A stretch of 64,000 bases of DNA from assembly GCA_951406725.2 (NCBI GenBank), contig OX597819.1, positions 30,690,001 through 30,754,000 of the forward strand. The letters run 5' to 3'. The notes beneath the pieces were generated by a model, which was not told the DNA's origin, ran no database searches, and saw only the letters and a program-made list of their open reading frames with translations. Below, piece after piece: positions 53,048 through 64,000 of this stretch; position 1 is the first letter of the stretch, and every line of letters begins with the position of its first letter. Made by a program: the position numbers and the translations under genes. Origin of the DNA: Octopus vulgaris. Lineage: Eukaryota.

Positions 53048-56000
53048 TTTCACCCGCACGATTTTCACTCAGAAAAAAAAAACCCTCAGTTCTTTTGCAT
53101 GGAATCAAGTACCCTGACCTCCTAATATGCTGCAAACGCCTTATTTTTGATCAGAAAAAAGGAGGGGTGGGAACCGAACCCTGCTCCTGACCCCCACCCC
53201 CATCCCGGAATCATTGGAAATTTTTTTTTTTTTTTTTTCCATTGAATAAATTCTGGTGACCTCCTAATATGCTACAAAACCTTTTTTGAGGTCCGGAAAA
53301 CGGAGTTGGGGTGGAACCCTCGGAAATTTCACCCCAACCCCCATTTTCAAATATTTTTTTGCTTTTTCTTTCTTTATCCATAATTTTAGATAACATTTTG
53401 TAGAAATATGTTTTGAGAGAGTATGGATTACATTGGATTGAAAATTCAAAGAAATTTGAAATGAATAAGTGAAAAGGCAGAGGTTATAGAAGTTAGTGAT
53501 AACGAAGTGTGTGGAGAGATAACAAATGATAAACTCAATTAAAAAAACATGCTAGAGTTTTTGCATGTATGTGTGAAACGAAATAAAAGTATGTTAAAAC
53601 AGAATATCTTTTTCCTACCTCTTAAAATCACTGTATATAAAAGATATAATAAGCCCATCCCAGATTGGAAAATAGATTTGAAAATGTAAAGCATTTTCCC
53701 TTTGCAATTTTTGGCGCTGAAATGAGTTTCATTTTTGTGTGGGGAGAGAGAGAGGAACAGAGAGAGAGAGAGTGAGTTAGTTTTTCAAATCTATTTTCCA
53801 ATCTGAGCGCAAAAACTGTAGCGTATGAAGATTTGTGGTCTAGTGTTCCTTTATGAAATCTGCCAATTGCAAGTCTTCTTCTTTTCAGGTACATGACACT
53901 TCTGTCTCCCATCCCAGGGTCCCACAGGCCCACACCTCCCACACCCTCAGAGTTGGCACACTCAATGTTGGCACATTGAAAGGTAGGTCTGGTGAGATTG
54001 TCGAGCTGCTTGAACGGAGACGTGTGGATTTGTGCTGCATCCAAGAAGTAAGGTGGAGAGGAGGTTCCGCTAGGTTCCTCACAGGCAAAGAATTCAGGTA
54101 CAAGATTTTCTGGGCAGGGAACACTGACGGGGTCGGGGGCGTGGGTATACTTCTTGCAGAGAAATGGGTTGATAAGGTAGTCAAGGTAGTCAGAGCATGT
54201 GACAGAATACTTAAGATTAGATTATCTCGGCAACCATTATCTCGGCATATGCCCCTCACCCGGGGCTACCAGAAGGACAGAAAGACCGATTCTATGACAC
54301 CCTATTACAGACTACCTCGTTGACAAATGACAGTGACCTTCTCTTCATAGCAGGTGACTTCAATGGACATGTTGGACGTCACGTCAGGGGCTTCCATGGC
54401 ATACACGGGGGCTACGGTTTTGGTTCTCGCAATGAGGAGGGAACCAGGCTGCTGGAGTTCTGCGATGCAAATGACCTTATGATTTGCAATACCAACTTCA
54501 GGAAACCCACCTCTCACCTAGTCACCTACCGTTCTGGCAGACACACCAGCCAGATCGACTACATCCTCGCCAGAAAGAGGGAAAGAGGGCTGCTTATAAA
54601 TGCCAAAACCTTTCCAGGCGAGGAATGTACTCCTCAACATAGATTAGTAGTTAGCGACTTCAGGATCAGGGCCAAATGGCTGCCCAGAAGACCAGCTCGG
54701 AGAAGAAGGGTCTGGAAACTTAAAGATCCTGTAAATGGACAGAGATTTAGAGAAGTCCTGCTCGAAGCTTTCGACGAAGTAGAAGGGGATATAGCATCAC
54801 ATAATGTGTAAGCCAAATGGAGGTTTCTACGGGACAATCTGCTGAGAGCCACTGACGAGATCTGTGGATGGAGCAAAGTCCCATCTCATCCCAGGGTAAC
54901 GTGGTGGTGGAACAATGTTGTAGACAGAGCTATTAGAGACAAGCGACAGGCCTGGAAGGACTGGAGGAATGGCGGTTGTAGGGAATTGTATCAGACTGCG
55001 AAAAGAGAAGCTAGGAGACAGGTATATTTAGCCAGAGGGGAAGCAGATAAGAAAAAATTTGCCAATGTTCTGCACCGTGAGGACCAAAAACTTGAGGTGT
55101 TTCGTGTTGCAAGACAGTGTGTGAGAGAGAATCGTGATGTGGTAGGAGAGAAATGTGTTCGCATGGATGATGGTTCACTTGCGCTAAATGAGGATGCAAA
55201 GAGAGAGGTTTGGAGATGCCACTATGAAAGGTTGCTCAACAAAGAGAATGAATGAGATAAAGAGAGTCTGCCGAATGTCGACCCAACAGAGGGACCAGCT
55301 ATCCGAGTTGACAGTTCCATGGTAGTTAAGGCAATTAGAAGCATGAAGACAAGGAAAGCCCCAGGCCCATCAGGAATTACTGCAGAGATGCTCAAAATAT
55401 CTCGCAGTGTCGGCCAAAGCCTAGTCACCCGTATAGTTAACCAGGTGATACACGAAGGAGTCATACCCAATGACTGGTGTAGTAGCATAATAGTCAACTG
55501 CTACAAAGGTAAAGGTGACGCCCTACATACAAGTAATTACAGAGGTATCAAGCTGTTGGATCAGGTGATGAAGGTTACGGAAAGGGTCATAGCCCAACTG
55601 ATTAGAGAGAGAGTCAACCTGGACGAGATGCAGTTTGGTTTTGTGCCAGGGAAAAGCACCACCGATGCCATGTTTCTGGTGAGACAGCTGCAGGAGAAAT
55701 ACCTAGCCAAAGATAAAACTCTGTACCTGGCTTTCATTGACTTGGAGAAAGCCTTTGACAGGGTCTCCCGTTCCCTTATCTGGTGGTCAATGAGGAAACT
55801 AGGGATAGATGAATGGTTAGTGAGAGCTGTGTGTGCCATGTACAGGGACGCTGTTAGTAAGGTAAGGGTTGGCAACGAGTACAGTGAAGAATTCCGGGTG
55901 GAGGTTGGGGTCCACCAAGGTTCAGTCCTCAGCCCCCTCCTATTTATCACAGTCGTCCAGGCAATAACAGAGGAATTCAAGACAGGATGCCCCTGGGAGC

Positions 56001-57823
56001 TCCTCTATGCTGATGACCTTGCTCTAATTGCTGAATCGTTATCAGAACTGGAGGAGAAGTTTTAGGTGTGGAAGCAAGGATTAGAATCGAAGGGCCTTAG
56101 AGGCAATCTAGCTAAAACCAAAGTCCTAATAAGTAGGAAGGTAGACAAATCTCAAACGCCTTCAGGTAGATGGCCCTGCTCGATCTGTAGAAAAGGCGTA
56201 GGTAGAAACTCTATAAGATGCACCAAGTGTAAGCTATGGACACATAAGAGGTGCAGCAATGTCAAAGGAAGGCTAACTAGGAATATAGTTTTTGTATGTG
56301 ACAGATGCTCTGGTGCAATAAACACTGAAAATGCGCAGAGACCGTCTTCCGCCACATTCCAGGGAGAAAAACTAGAAATAGTTGATAGTTTCCGTTACCT
56401 AGGTGATCAAGTCAGTAGTGGGGGTGGGCGTGCTGAAAGTGTTACTGCTAGTGTAAGAATAGCCTGGGCAAAGTTCAGAGAGCTCTTACCTCTGCTGGTG
56501 ACAAAAGGCCTCTCGCTCAGAGTAAAAGGCAGACTGTATGACGCATGTGTACGAACAGCCATGCTACATGGCAGTGAAACATGGGCCGTGACTGCTGAGG
56601 ATATGCGTAAGCTCGCAAGAAATGAAGCCAGTATGCTCCGATAGATGTGTAATGTCAGTGTTCATACCCGACAGAGTGTAAGTACCTTGAGAGAAAAGAA
56701 GCATTAGATGTGGTGTGCAAGAGAAACATCTATGCTGGTATGGACACGTGGTAAGAATGGATGAAGATAGTTGTGTGAAAAAGTGCCACACCCTAGCGGT
56801 TGAGGGAACCTGTGGAAGAGGTAGACCCAGGAAAACCTGGGACAAGGTGGTGAAGCACACGGAAGTATGCTGTGCGTGAGAAGCCCCGGCAGGACAAGTG
56901 AGGCCATAACCCGTGGCCCCTACCTGGAACGTAGTCAGTCCACCTGTGCATACCTTCCTTCTTGGGACACATAACTCTACTTGTGAAGACCTGTTGAGGC
57001 AAGTGAAAATCAAAATTAAAATCAAAATCGATGCACATCAATGGAATTTGTAGTTTGTGGTACCAGTGCTGGTGGCATATAAGAGAACCATCCGTACGTG
57101 GCCATAGCCAGCACCGCATCGACTGGCCTCCGTGCTGGTGGCACGTAACAAACACCATTCGATCATGGCCGTGCCAGCCTCGCCTGGCCTCCGTGCCGGT
57201 GGCACGTAAAAAGCACCATCCGAGCATGGCCGTTCGCCAGCCTCATCTGGCACCTGTGTCGGTGGCACATAAAAAGCACCCACTACACTCACGGAGTGGT
57301 TGGCGTTAGGAAGGGCATCCAGCTGTAGAAACACCGCCAGACCTGACTGGCCTGGTGCAGCCTTCGGGCTTCCCAGACCCCAGTTGAACCGTCCAACCCA
57401 TGCTAGCATGGAAAGCGGACGTTAAACGATGATGATGATGATGATGATGTATTATATCCAGGGATTTTAAGAGGTAGGAAAAAGATATTTTTGTTTTAAT
57501 ATTATACTTTTCTTTTTCATGAAAATCATGCAGGTGAAAAAATCAATAGGGGTGGGGTGAAATTTTCAAGGCTTTCACCTCATCCCACCCTATTTTCCAG
57601 ACCCCCAAAAAAGGATTTTGTAGCATATTAGGAGGTAACCAGAATTCATTCAATGAAAAAAAACTTTCCAATGATTCCGGGATATGGAGAGGGGCTCCGG
57701 TTTCCCACCCCACCTTCTTTTTCCAAACAAAAATAAGGGATTTGCAGCATATTAGGAGCTCAGGGTACTTGATTCCATGCAAAAAATCCTTTTTTTTCTT
57801 AGTGAAAATTGTGCAGGTGAAAG
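53048..57823. repeat. Diverged inverted repeat pair (about 53048-53628 / 57463-57823) flanking the RTE; third partial copy at about 58230-58330
   Basis: tttcacc.gcac.attttcact.agaaaa...gcatggaatcaagtaccctga.ctcctaatatgctgcaaa occurs in both orientations. Confidence 0.7.
53853..57448 (+). mobile_element. RTE-clade LINE, near full length (APE endonuclease + RT), pseudogenised
   Basis: APE motifs LRVGTLNVGTL, CIQEVRW, GGVGILL, AGDFNGHVG, SQIDYIL and QHRLV. RT motifs as in copy 1. Contains stops and frameshifts and ends in a (GAT)n tail. Confidence 0.95.
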
Positions 57824-57876
57824 GATCAAAATATACCTATTTTATTACCTTCTGTGCTTTTATATATATGTATGTA

Positions 57877-59076
57877 CTAGCAGAGATACTCAACATCGCC
57901 CAAAATTAGACTTTTCTTTTATATTTTCTCTAATGAACTGGAATACTTATACAAATTTCATCAAAACTGGAGATTAAGAATTTTAATGAGGGTTCTTTCC
58001 CTCTTTACACACCCTAAGAAAGAAAAATTCTAATCATGACATATTTATCCCACACTAATCATCTTTATGCTCAGATTCCGAAATCCAAATCTTATAAAAC
58101 CCATTGAAAAGATTTTACTCCTGAAAAATGGAGCATGTGGAGCTCTAAAATGTGGGAGTTAAGGCCCCTATTAGGGGTAGGGTCTAAAAGTCAAGAATGG
58201 AAAAAATGTTGTTAAATTTGTAGATTAACACTCGCACAATTTTCACTAAGAAAAAAATATCGTTTTTTTGCATGGAATCAACTACTCTGGCCTCAAAACC
58301 CTTTTTGTGGTCCATGAAACGGAGTGGGGTGTGGTGGAAGACTCGCAAATTGTACCCATTTATATTGCGTAAATTGTTACTCACCTCTTTGTTTCTTTGT
58401 TGTTAAATAAATGGATTGTCAACAAAATACTTTTTTACTCAGCGTAAAATAAAAACAAAACTCTTTCGCACCCAAAGTAATGTCTGTGAGAGAGAGAGGG
58501 GGGAGAAAGATGAACGATTTAAAATAAATAAATATATTGTAATTGTTGTGTGAGAAAGTATATATACTATGATTATAAAATATAGTGTGCCTTTCAAAAA
58601 CAAAAAAAAAACATTTTACATTTTATTTTTATGAACGTAGTCCCTTACTCTCTCTCTCTCTCCCTCTCTCACTTTGTCTTTCCCGTGAAGCTCTCTGCCT
58701 CCTTCTTCCACTTTTCTTTATCTTATTTTTTTTGTTAGCCACTGTCAAAAAAGCAATGGCTCTCTCTCTCCCTTTGTCTTTCCAGTGAAATTCTCTGCCT
58801 CCTTCTTCCACTTTTCTTTATCTTTTTTTTTTGTTAGACGCCATCAAAAAGCAATGGCTGATATTTGTTATGGTTAAAAGCTATGGTTGAAAATGGTTGA
58901 AAATAGATTTTTACCCTATCCGCGGGTGCCTCGGGGGGAAAAAAATAAGTTGACAAAACCCAGATAGGGTATTGACAAATGTCCTCCAAAATTTGAGCGA
59001 CATGTGTGCTAGTTTGTGGATGTGCATAAATTACAATCACGTACACACACACACATCCTCCCTTTTATAGATATGA
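57877..59076 (-). mobile_element. Probable non-autonomous Helitron
   Basis: Minus strand reads A|TCATATCTATAAAAGG...tatctctg-CTAG|T. The 3' end matches that of the helicase-coding Helitron. Confidence 0.55.
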
Positions 59077-59826
59077 TATATATGCACATATACATACATG
59101 TATGTGTGTGTGTATTATATAGAAAGATAGATTGGTAGATAAAATTGAGTGCGCAAACAAAAGTACAAGACACTACCTAGAAGAATCCTTTGTTGAATGA
59201 ATGAACCCCATTGCTTTTTTTTTAATTTTAATAAGCCTGGTACTTATTCTATTGGTCGTTTCTTGTCAAAGTAGTAAGTTATAGCAATGTAAACAAAGCA
59301 ACACCAGCTGTCAAGCAATGGTGAAGAAGAAACAGAGACACAGAAACACATATACTTACATACATACATGTATATACATCATCATCATCATCATTTAACG
59401 TCCGCTTTCCATGCTAGCATGGGTTGGACGGTTCAACTGGGGTCTGTGAAGCCAGAAGGCTGCTTCAGGCCCAGTCTGATCTGGCAGTGTTTCTACGGCT
59501 GGATGCCCTTCCTAACGCCAACCATTCCGAGAGTGTAGTGGGTGCTTTTTACGTGCCACCCGCACAGGTGCCAGACGGCCACGGACGGATGGTGCTTTAT
59601 GGATTAATTTCAGTTTCTGTCTACCAAATCCACTCACAAGGCTTTGGTTGGTCTGAGGCTATAGCAGAAGACACATACCAAGTTACCATACAGTGAAACT
59701 GAACCCAGGATCATGTGCTTTGGAACCAAGTTTCTTACCATACAGCCACACCTGCGCCTATATATATATATATATGTATATGTATATGTATATATGTATG
59801 TATATGTGTATATATATATATATATG

Positions 59827-59867
<41 letters not shown>

Positions 59868-60482
59868 AAATATATGTATGCATGTATATATGTGTATATA
59901 TATGTGTACATATTACATAGACATCTCTATATATACATACATATATAAACATATAAATCTATATATATATACATATATAATATAAATAATACATATACCC
60001 GTGACACGTAAAAGGGCACCATTTGAGCGTGATCGTTACCAACGTCACTTCACTGGCACCTGTGCCGGTGGTACGTGTAAAAAGGTTCGAGCAAGGTCGT
60101 TGCCAGTACCGTCTGACTGGCACGTAAAAAGCACCCACTACACTCTCGGAGTGGTTGGCATTAGGAAGGGTATCAAGCTGTAGAAACTCTGTCAGATCAA
60201 GATTGGAGCCTGGTGCAGCTATATAAAAAGTGATAAGAAATGGAGCAATAATAACAGTTAGAAGAAGATCATTAGTGTTTTAAAGTCATTTAATAACGAT
60301 GAGAGTATGTTATACATCTATACATATACATAAGTGTAGATGTATACACATATATACATAGGTATGTATGTATGTATGAGATAATAGTTTAATAGGTTCA
60401 GTATTAATAGTAAAGTATTAAACTGAAAGTATTTCACACTACAATAGGTATATATATATGCACGTATACATACATGTGTGTG

Positions 60483-60522
<40 letters not shown>

Positions 60523-61661
60523 ATTCGAGACAAAACCACTATTTTAAAACCAAACAAGAAAAGACTTAATCAATACATAAAATTTTAATATAAATTAAAT
60601 AAATAAAATAAATAAAATAAATAAATAAAATTAAATAAAATATATATATATATATATCATCATCATCATCATCATCATTATCGTTTAACGTCCGTTTTGC
60701 GCGCTAGCACGGGTTGGACGGTTTGACCAGGGTCTGGGAAGTCAGGGGCTGCACCAGGGTCTGGGAAGCCAGGGGCTGCACCAGGCTCCAGTCTGATCTG
60801 GCAGTGTTTCTACAGCTGGATGCCCTTCCTAACACCAACCACTCCGCGTGTGTAGTGGGTGCTTTTTACATGCCACCGGCACAGGTGCCAGAGGAGTCTG
60901 GCATCGGGCCACGATCGGTTGGTGTTTTTAACGTGCCACTGGCACGGAAACCAGCGCTGGCATCGACCACGTTCGGATGGTGCTTTTTATATGCCACCGG
61001 CACAGAAGCCAGTCAAGGCGGCACTGGCAACAGCCACGTTCGGATGGTGCTTTTTATGTGCTACCGGCACAGGTATCACAACTACTATTTCCATTGATAA
61101 TCATTTCGATGTATATAATATTTATAAATGTATGTATGTATGTAGATGAAGAACCACAGTAGATGGCGCCAGCTGCCCATGTAACAGGGCAGTAATTCCA
61201 GTGAACTGATACAGAATTGAGGAATACCTTCGTCCTTTCTGGTGTCAATGGTAGGTTAAACTATACACCCAGCAGACTTTACAAAGTATCTGACAAGACG
61301 AAAAGCCATATAAAGGCCATGCCAAACATGGAACCCCTGAGTGAGACATGCATACTGAAAATCACATCAAGAGTTACCCAACTAAAGCAGGAAACCCCAA
61401 AGAACTGGTGCATATACATGTATATGCACAGACACATATGCACATTCCTCCATGTATATACATACACACAATGAAAGGAGAATGGCTGGGAAAAGTTACC
61501 CAAGGATATACATGCTACATAAATCTTTGTGAAGTCAGTGCAAGTATACTTGAGGTAACAAGTCAATATATTTAAAGTAAACCTTAATGATGAGGGTAAT
61601 CTAAAAGGGAGCAGGAATCCCCAAATAAAACACACGTGTGTGGGTTTACTAGAGTGTGGAC

Positions 61662-61706
61662 AACTCCAGGACTGTTTCAGCCTTATTTGACCTCAGCAGC
61701 AGAGTT
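61662..61706 (-). ncRNA. Degenerate minimal hammerhead
   Basis: aactctg-CTGCTGA-ggtcaaataaggct-GAAAC-a-GTC-ctggagtt, next to a (TA)n run. Confidence 0.45.
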
Positions 61707-61766
61707 TCTGACAACTAGCGTTTCTTTTTAATTGAAATGACTGGAAAATATATATATGCACTATTG

Positions 61767-61801
<35 letters not shown>

Positions 61802-62528
61802 TGGAAAGAAAATTATTAGATGGGTCATAAGCCAATAAAGAATCCATTGAAGTCGATATATGCTAAAAATGAAGAACCAAAAACATTAGAAGTATGTCTA
61901 GGTAGATTCAATGAAATGAGGTAATGATTGAGGGTTGATTTGTACAGAAGATGATGAAATACATGAACTAACCTAGAATGTGGTGGCTGTATGACCCAAT
62001 TTCGATTTCTACATAAAAATACCTGAAATTATTAAAGCCCTTGGGAGAGGTAGAAATGTCACAACCTCTTCCCCTCCTCCTGGATTTTGCAAGACAAGTT
62101 TTCAGTCTTCTTTCAAATAATTTCAGTTATAACTACCTAAGGCTCAGAAATTTATAAATATCAATTCACTGCTATTTTACTTCAAAAATACATCATACCT
62201 ATGGAAAGAAAAATAAACTAAGACAGAACGAAGAAAGATGGGGAGAGAGAGGGAGAGAGACATATACATATATATATGTCATTGCTTCACTTTTGACACC
62301 TAATACTGAAATAGTGTAAGAGATAAGAGATTGCTCTGGGCTCGAATTACCCTAAGTAAGGCATGTGTAAAATTTGAATGAAATTGGTTGGGTAGTTCTC
62401 GAGTTTTAGGGATTCACACTGACAGACACACATTCTCAATTTTATATCTATAGATTCCTCTTAGGTAATGTATGGAAGCGTGATATTATATAAAGTAGTT
62501 GACAGGAATTTTATGTTTGTTCTTTAAT

Positions 62529-62549
<21 letters not shown>

Positions 62550-62564
<15 letters not shown>

Positions 62565-62908
62565 CTGAAGTTGGTAGCCTTCAACAATCACTATCTCCTC
62601 CGAGACCCTGCGGTGCAAGTTGACCAAAATTGAGAGTATGATAGAAGAAGAAGGCTTGCTCTTCATTCCGTAGAAGATAAAATTCAAATCAGGTCATGTT
62701 AAGACCAAAAATTATTTACATCAAAAAGGTGCATTTTTTCTATGAAAATCCCTATTTTTTACGATTTTTTTACTGCTGTGTCGCCATTTTTCAGTGTATT
62801 TCAACTTAAAGAGAATTGCAAGCTACATAATGCAAAATTTTTACTTTTCAAAAATTCCAGTTCTAAAGGGTCAAAACAAACAAACCTATTGCTGGGCAAT
62901 ACTACTAA
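62550..62908 (+). mobile_element. Non-autonomous Helitron-like element
   Basis: Start atatataaagctgaagttg. The end gctgggcaatactactaat resembles the H1 3' end. Confidence 0.5.
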
Positions 62909-62916
62909 TATATATA

Positions 62917-63210
62917 TATCTGTAAATGTAATATGTGACAATTATGCGGTAGCCATGATAAAACTCAGAGTTTCGGATGCTGAGGTGGAAATCCACATCG
63001 CCATCTCTTCTGTTATCCAGCCATCGGAAAAATTTTTCCAATGGCTAGATAACTGAAGAGATAGCAGCGTGGATTTCCACCTCAGCATCCGAAACTCAGA
63101 GTTTTATCATGGCTACCGAATAATTATTACATATTACATTTACAGATAAATTCCTCTATTTACATAATATCGAGGTCTCTTTCTTTCTTTTGTTGTCTTA
63201 CCATTTTTAT

Positions 63211-63213
<3 letters not shown>
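62917..63213. mobile_element. Fold-back pLTR-like element in (TA)n: arms of about 116 bp, no loop, 65-nt tail
   Basis: 62917-63032 vs 63033-63148 with centre ggaaaaa|tttttcc. Tail 63149-63213. Confidence 0.85.
63048..63108 (+). ncRNA. Type-I hammerhead ribozyme (intact core)
   Basis: gataa-CTGAAGA-gat...gtgga-t-ttccac...gcatcc-GAAAC-tcaga-GTT-ttatc, with a 5-bp stem I. The inverted-arm copy has CAGAAGA. Confidence 0.75.
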
Positions 63214-63260
<47 letters not shown>

Positions 63261-63274
63261 TCATCATCATTTAA

Positions 63275-63494
63275 CCCTTTCGTTACTGTATTTATTTTGA
63301 GATGCTCTGTGTTTCTTTCAGTTACTTTAGATATAACGAAGAATTTAGTAAAATTACTCAGTTATCATTAAGCTAGTGTTAGGAACATAAATTGTGGCTA
63401 AGGTATGGTGGAAGATTTTAATTCAAAACTTATGAAAACAAGACATTTGTACTCAAAGCCAGAGCCGGTTTCAGCCGGGTTGGTAATGAAAGGG
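63275..63494. mobile_element. piggyBac-like MITE nested in the TTAA of an RTE-type tail
   Basis: (cat)n-TTAA|CCCTTTCGTTAC...GTAATGAAAGGG|TTAA-cgtccg. Confidence 0.85.
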
Positions 63495-64000
63495 TTAACG
63501 TCCGTTCTCCATGCTAGCATAGGTTGGACGGTTCAACCGGGGATCTGGGAAGCCAGAGGGCTGCACCAGGCTCCAGTTCTGATCTGGCAGTGTTTCTATA
63601 GCTGGATGCCCTTTCTAACACCAACCACTCCGAGAGTGTAGTGGGTGCTTTTTACGTGCCAGGCGAGGCTGGCAATGGCCACGATCGGATTGGTGCTTTT
63701 TACATGCCACCGGCATGAAAGCCAGTCAAGGCGGCGCTGGCATCAGCCATGTTCGGATGGTGCTTTTTACGTGCCACCGGCACGGAAGCCAGTCTAGGCA
63801 GCGCTGGCATCGGCCACGTTCGGATACTGCTTTTTACGTGCCACCGGCACAGGGATCACAACTGCAGTTTCCATTGATCTTTGATGTTGGTGTCCTTGAC
63901 CCAATGGATCTCCTCAAGCACAGGGTCAAAACGGTGTTTCATTACTTGCCACCTGCACAGGAGTCAGTCCAGCGACCCTGGCGACTGCCGGGTACCAGTC

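Noticed and set aside
53048-57823. Single composite transposon carrying the RTE between long TIRs
   Set aside because: The arms are clearly diverged, no TSD was found and a third copy lies nearby. Independent copies of one family are more likely.

Overview
AT-rich, microsatellite-rich animal genomic DNA. The SINE, RTE and Helitron repertoire looks like an Octopus genome (inference). It is not prokaryotic: no CRISPR, rRNA or true tRNA genes were found, and most ORF-track entries are (TA)n artefacts. The only host gene I can support is the last two coding exons (44611-44872 and 36470-36634, minus strand) of an FkbM/Methyltransf_21-family methyltransferase. The rest is mostly transposon debris: two RTE LINEs, a Helitron helicase fragment with several non-autonomous Helitrons, two Penelope-like element (PLE) remnants (Neptune-type and Naiad-type), mariner and hAT relics, MITEs and many tRNA-derived SINEs. 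The most notable feature is a dense set of small, non-coding fold-back elements (long inverted arms plus a one-sided tail) sitting in (TA)n/(TG)n/(AAT)n microsatellites. Many carry minimal type-I hammerhead ribozyme (HHR) motifs: about 13 motifs, 6 with an intact CUGANGA/GAAA/GUH core, from several unrelated families. One HHR is joined to a tRNA-like SINE head. All structures were read by eye, so coordinates may be a few nt off.
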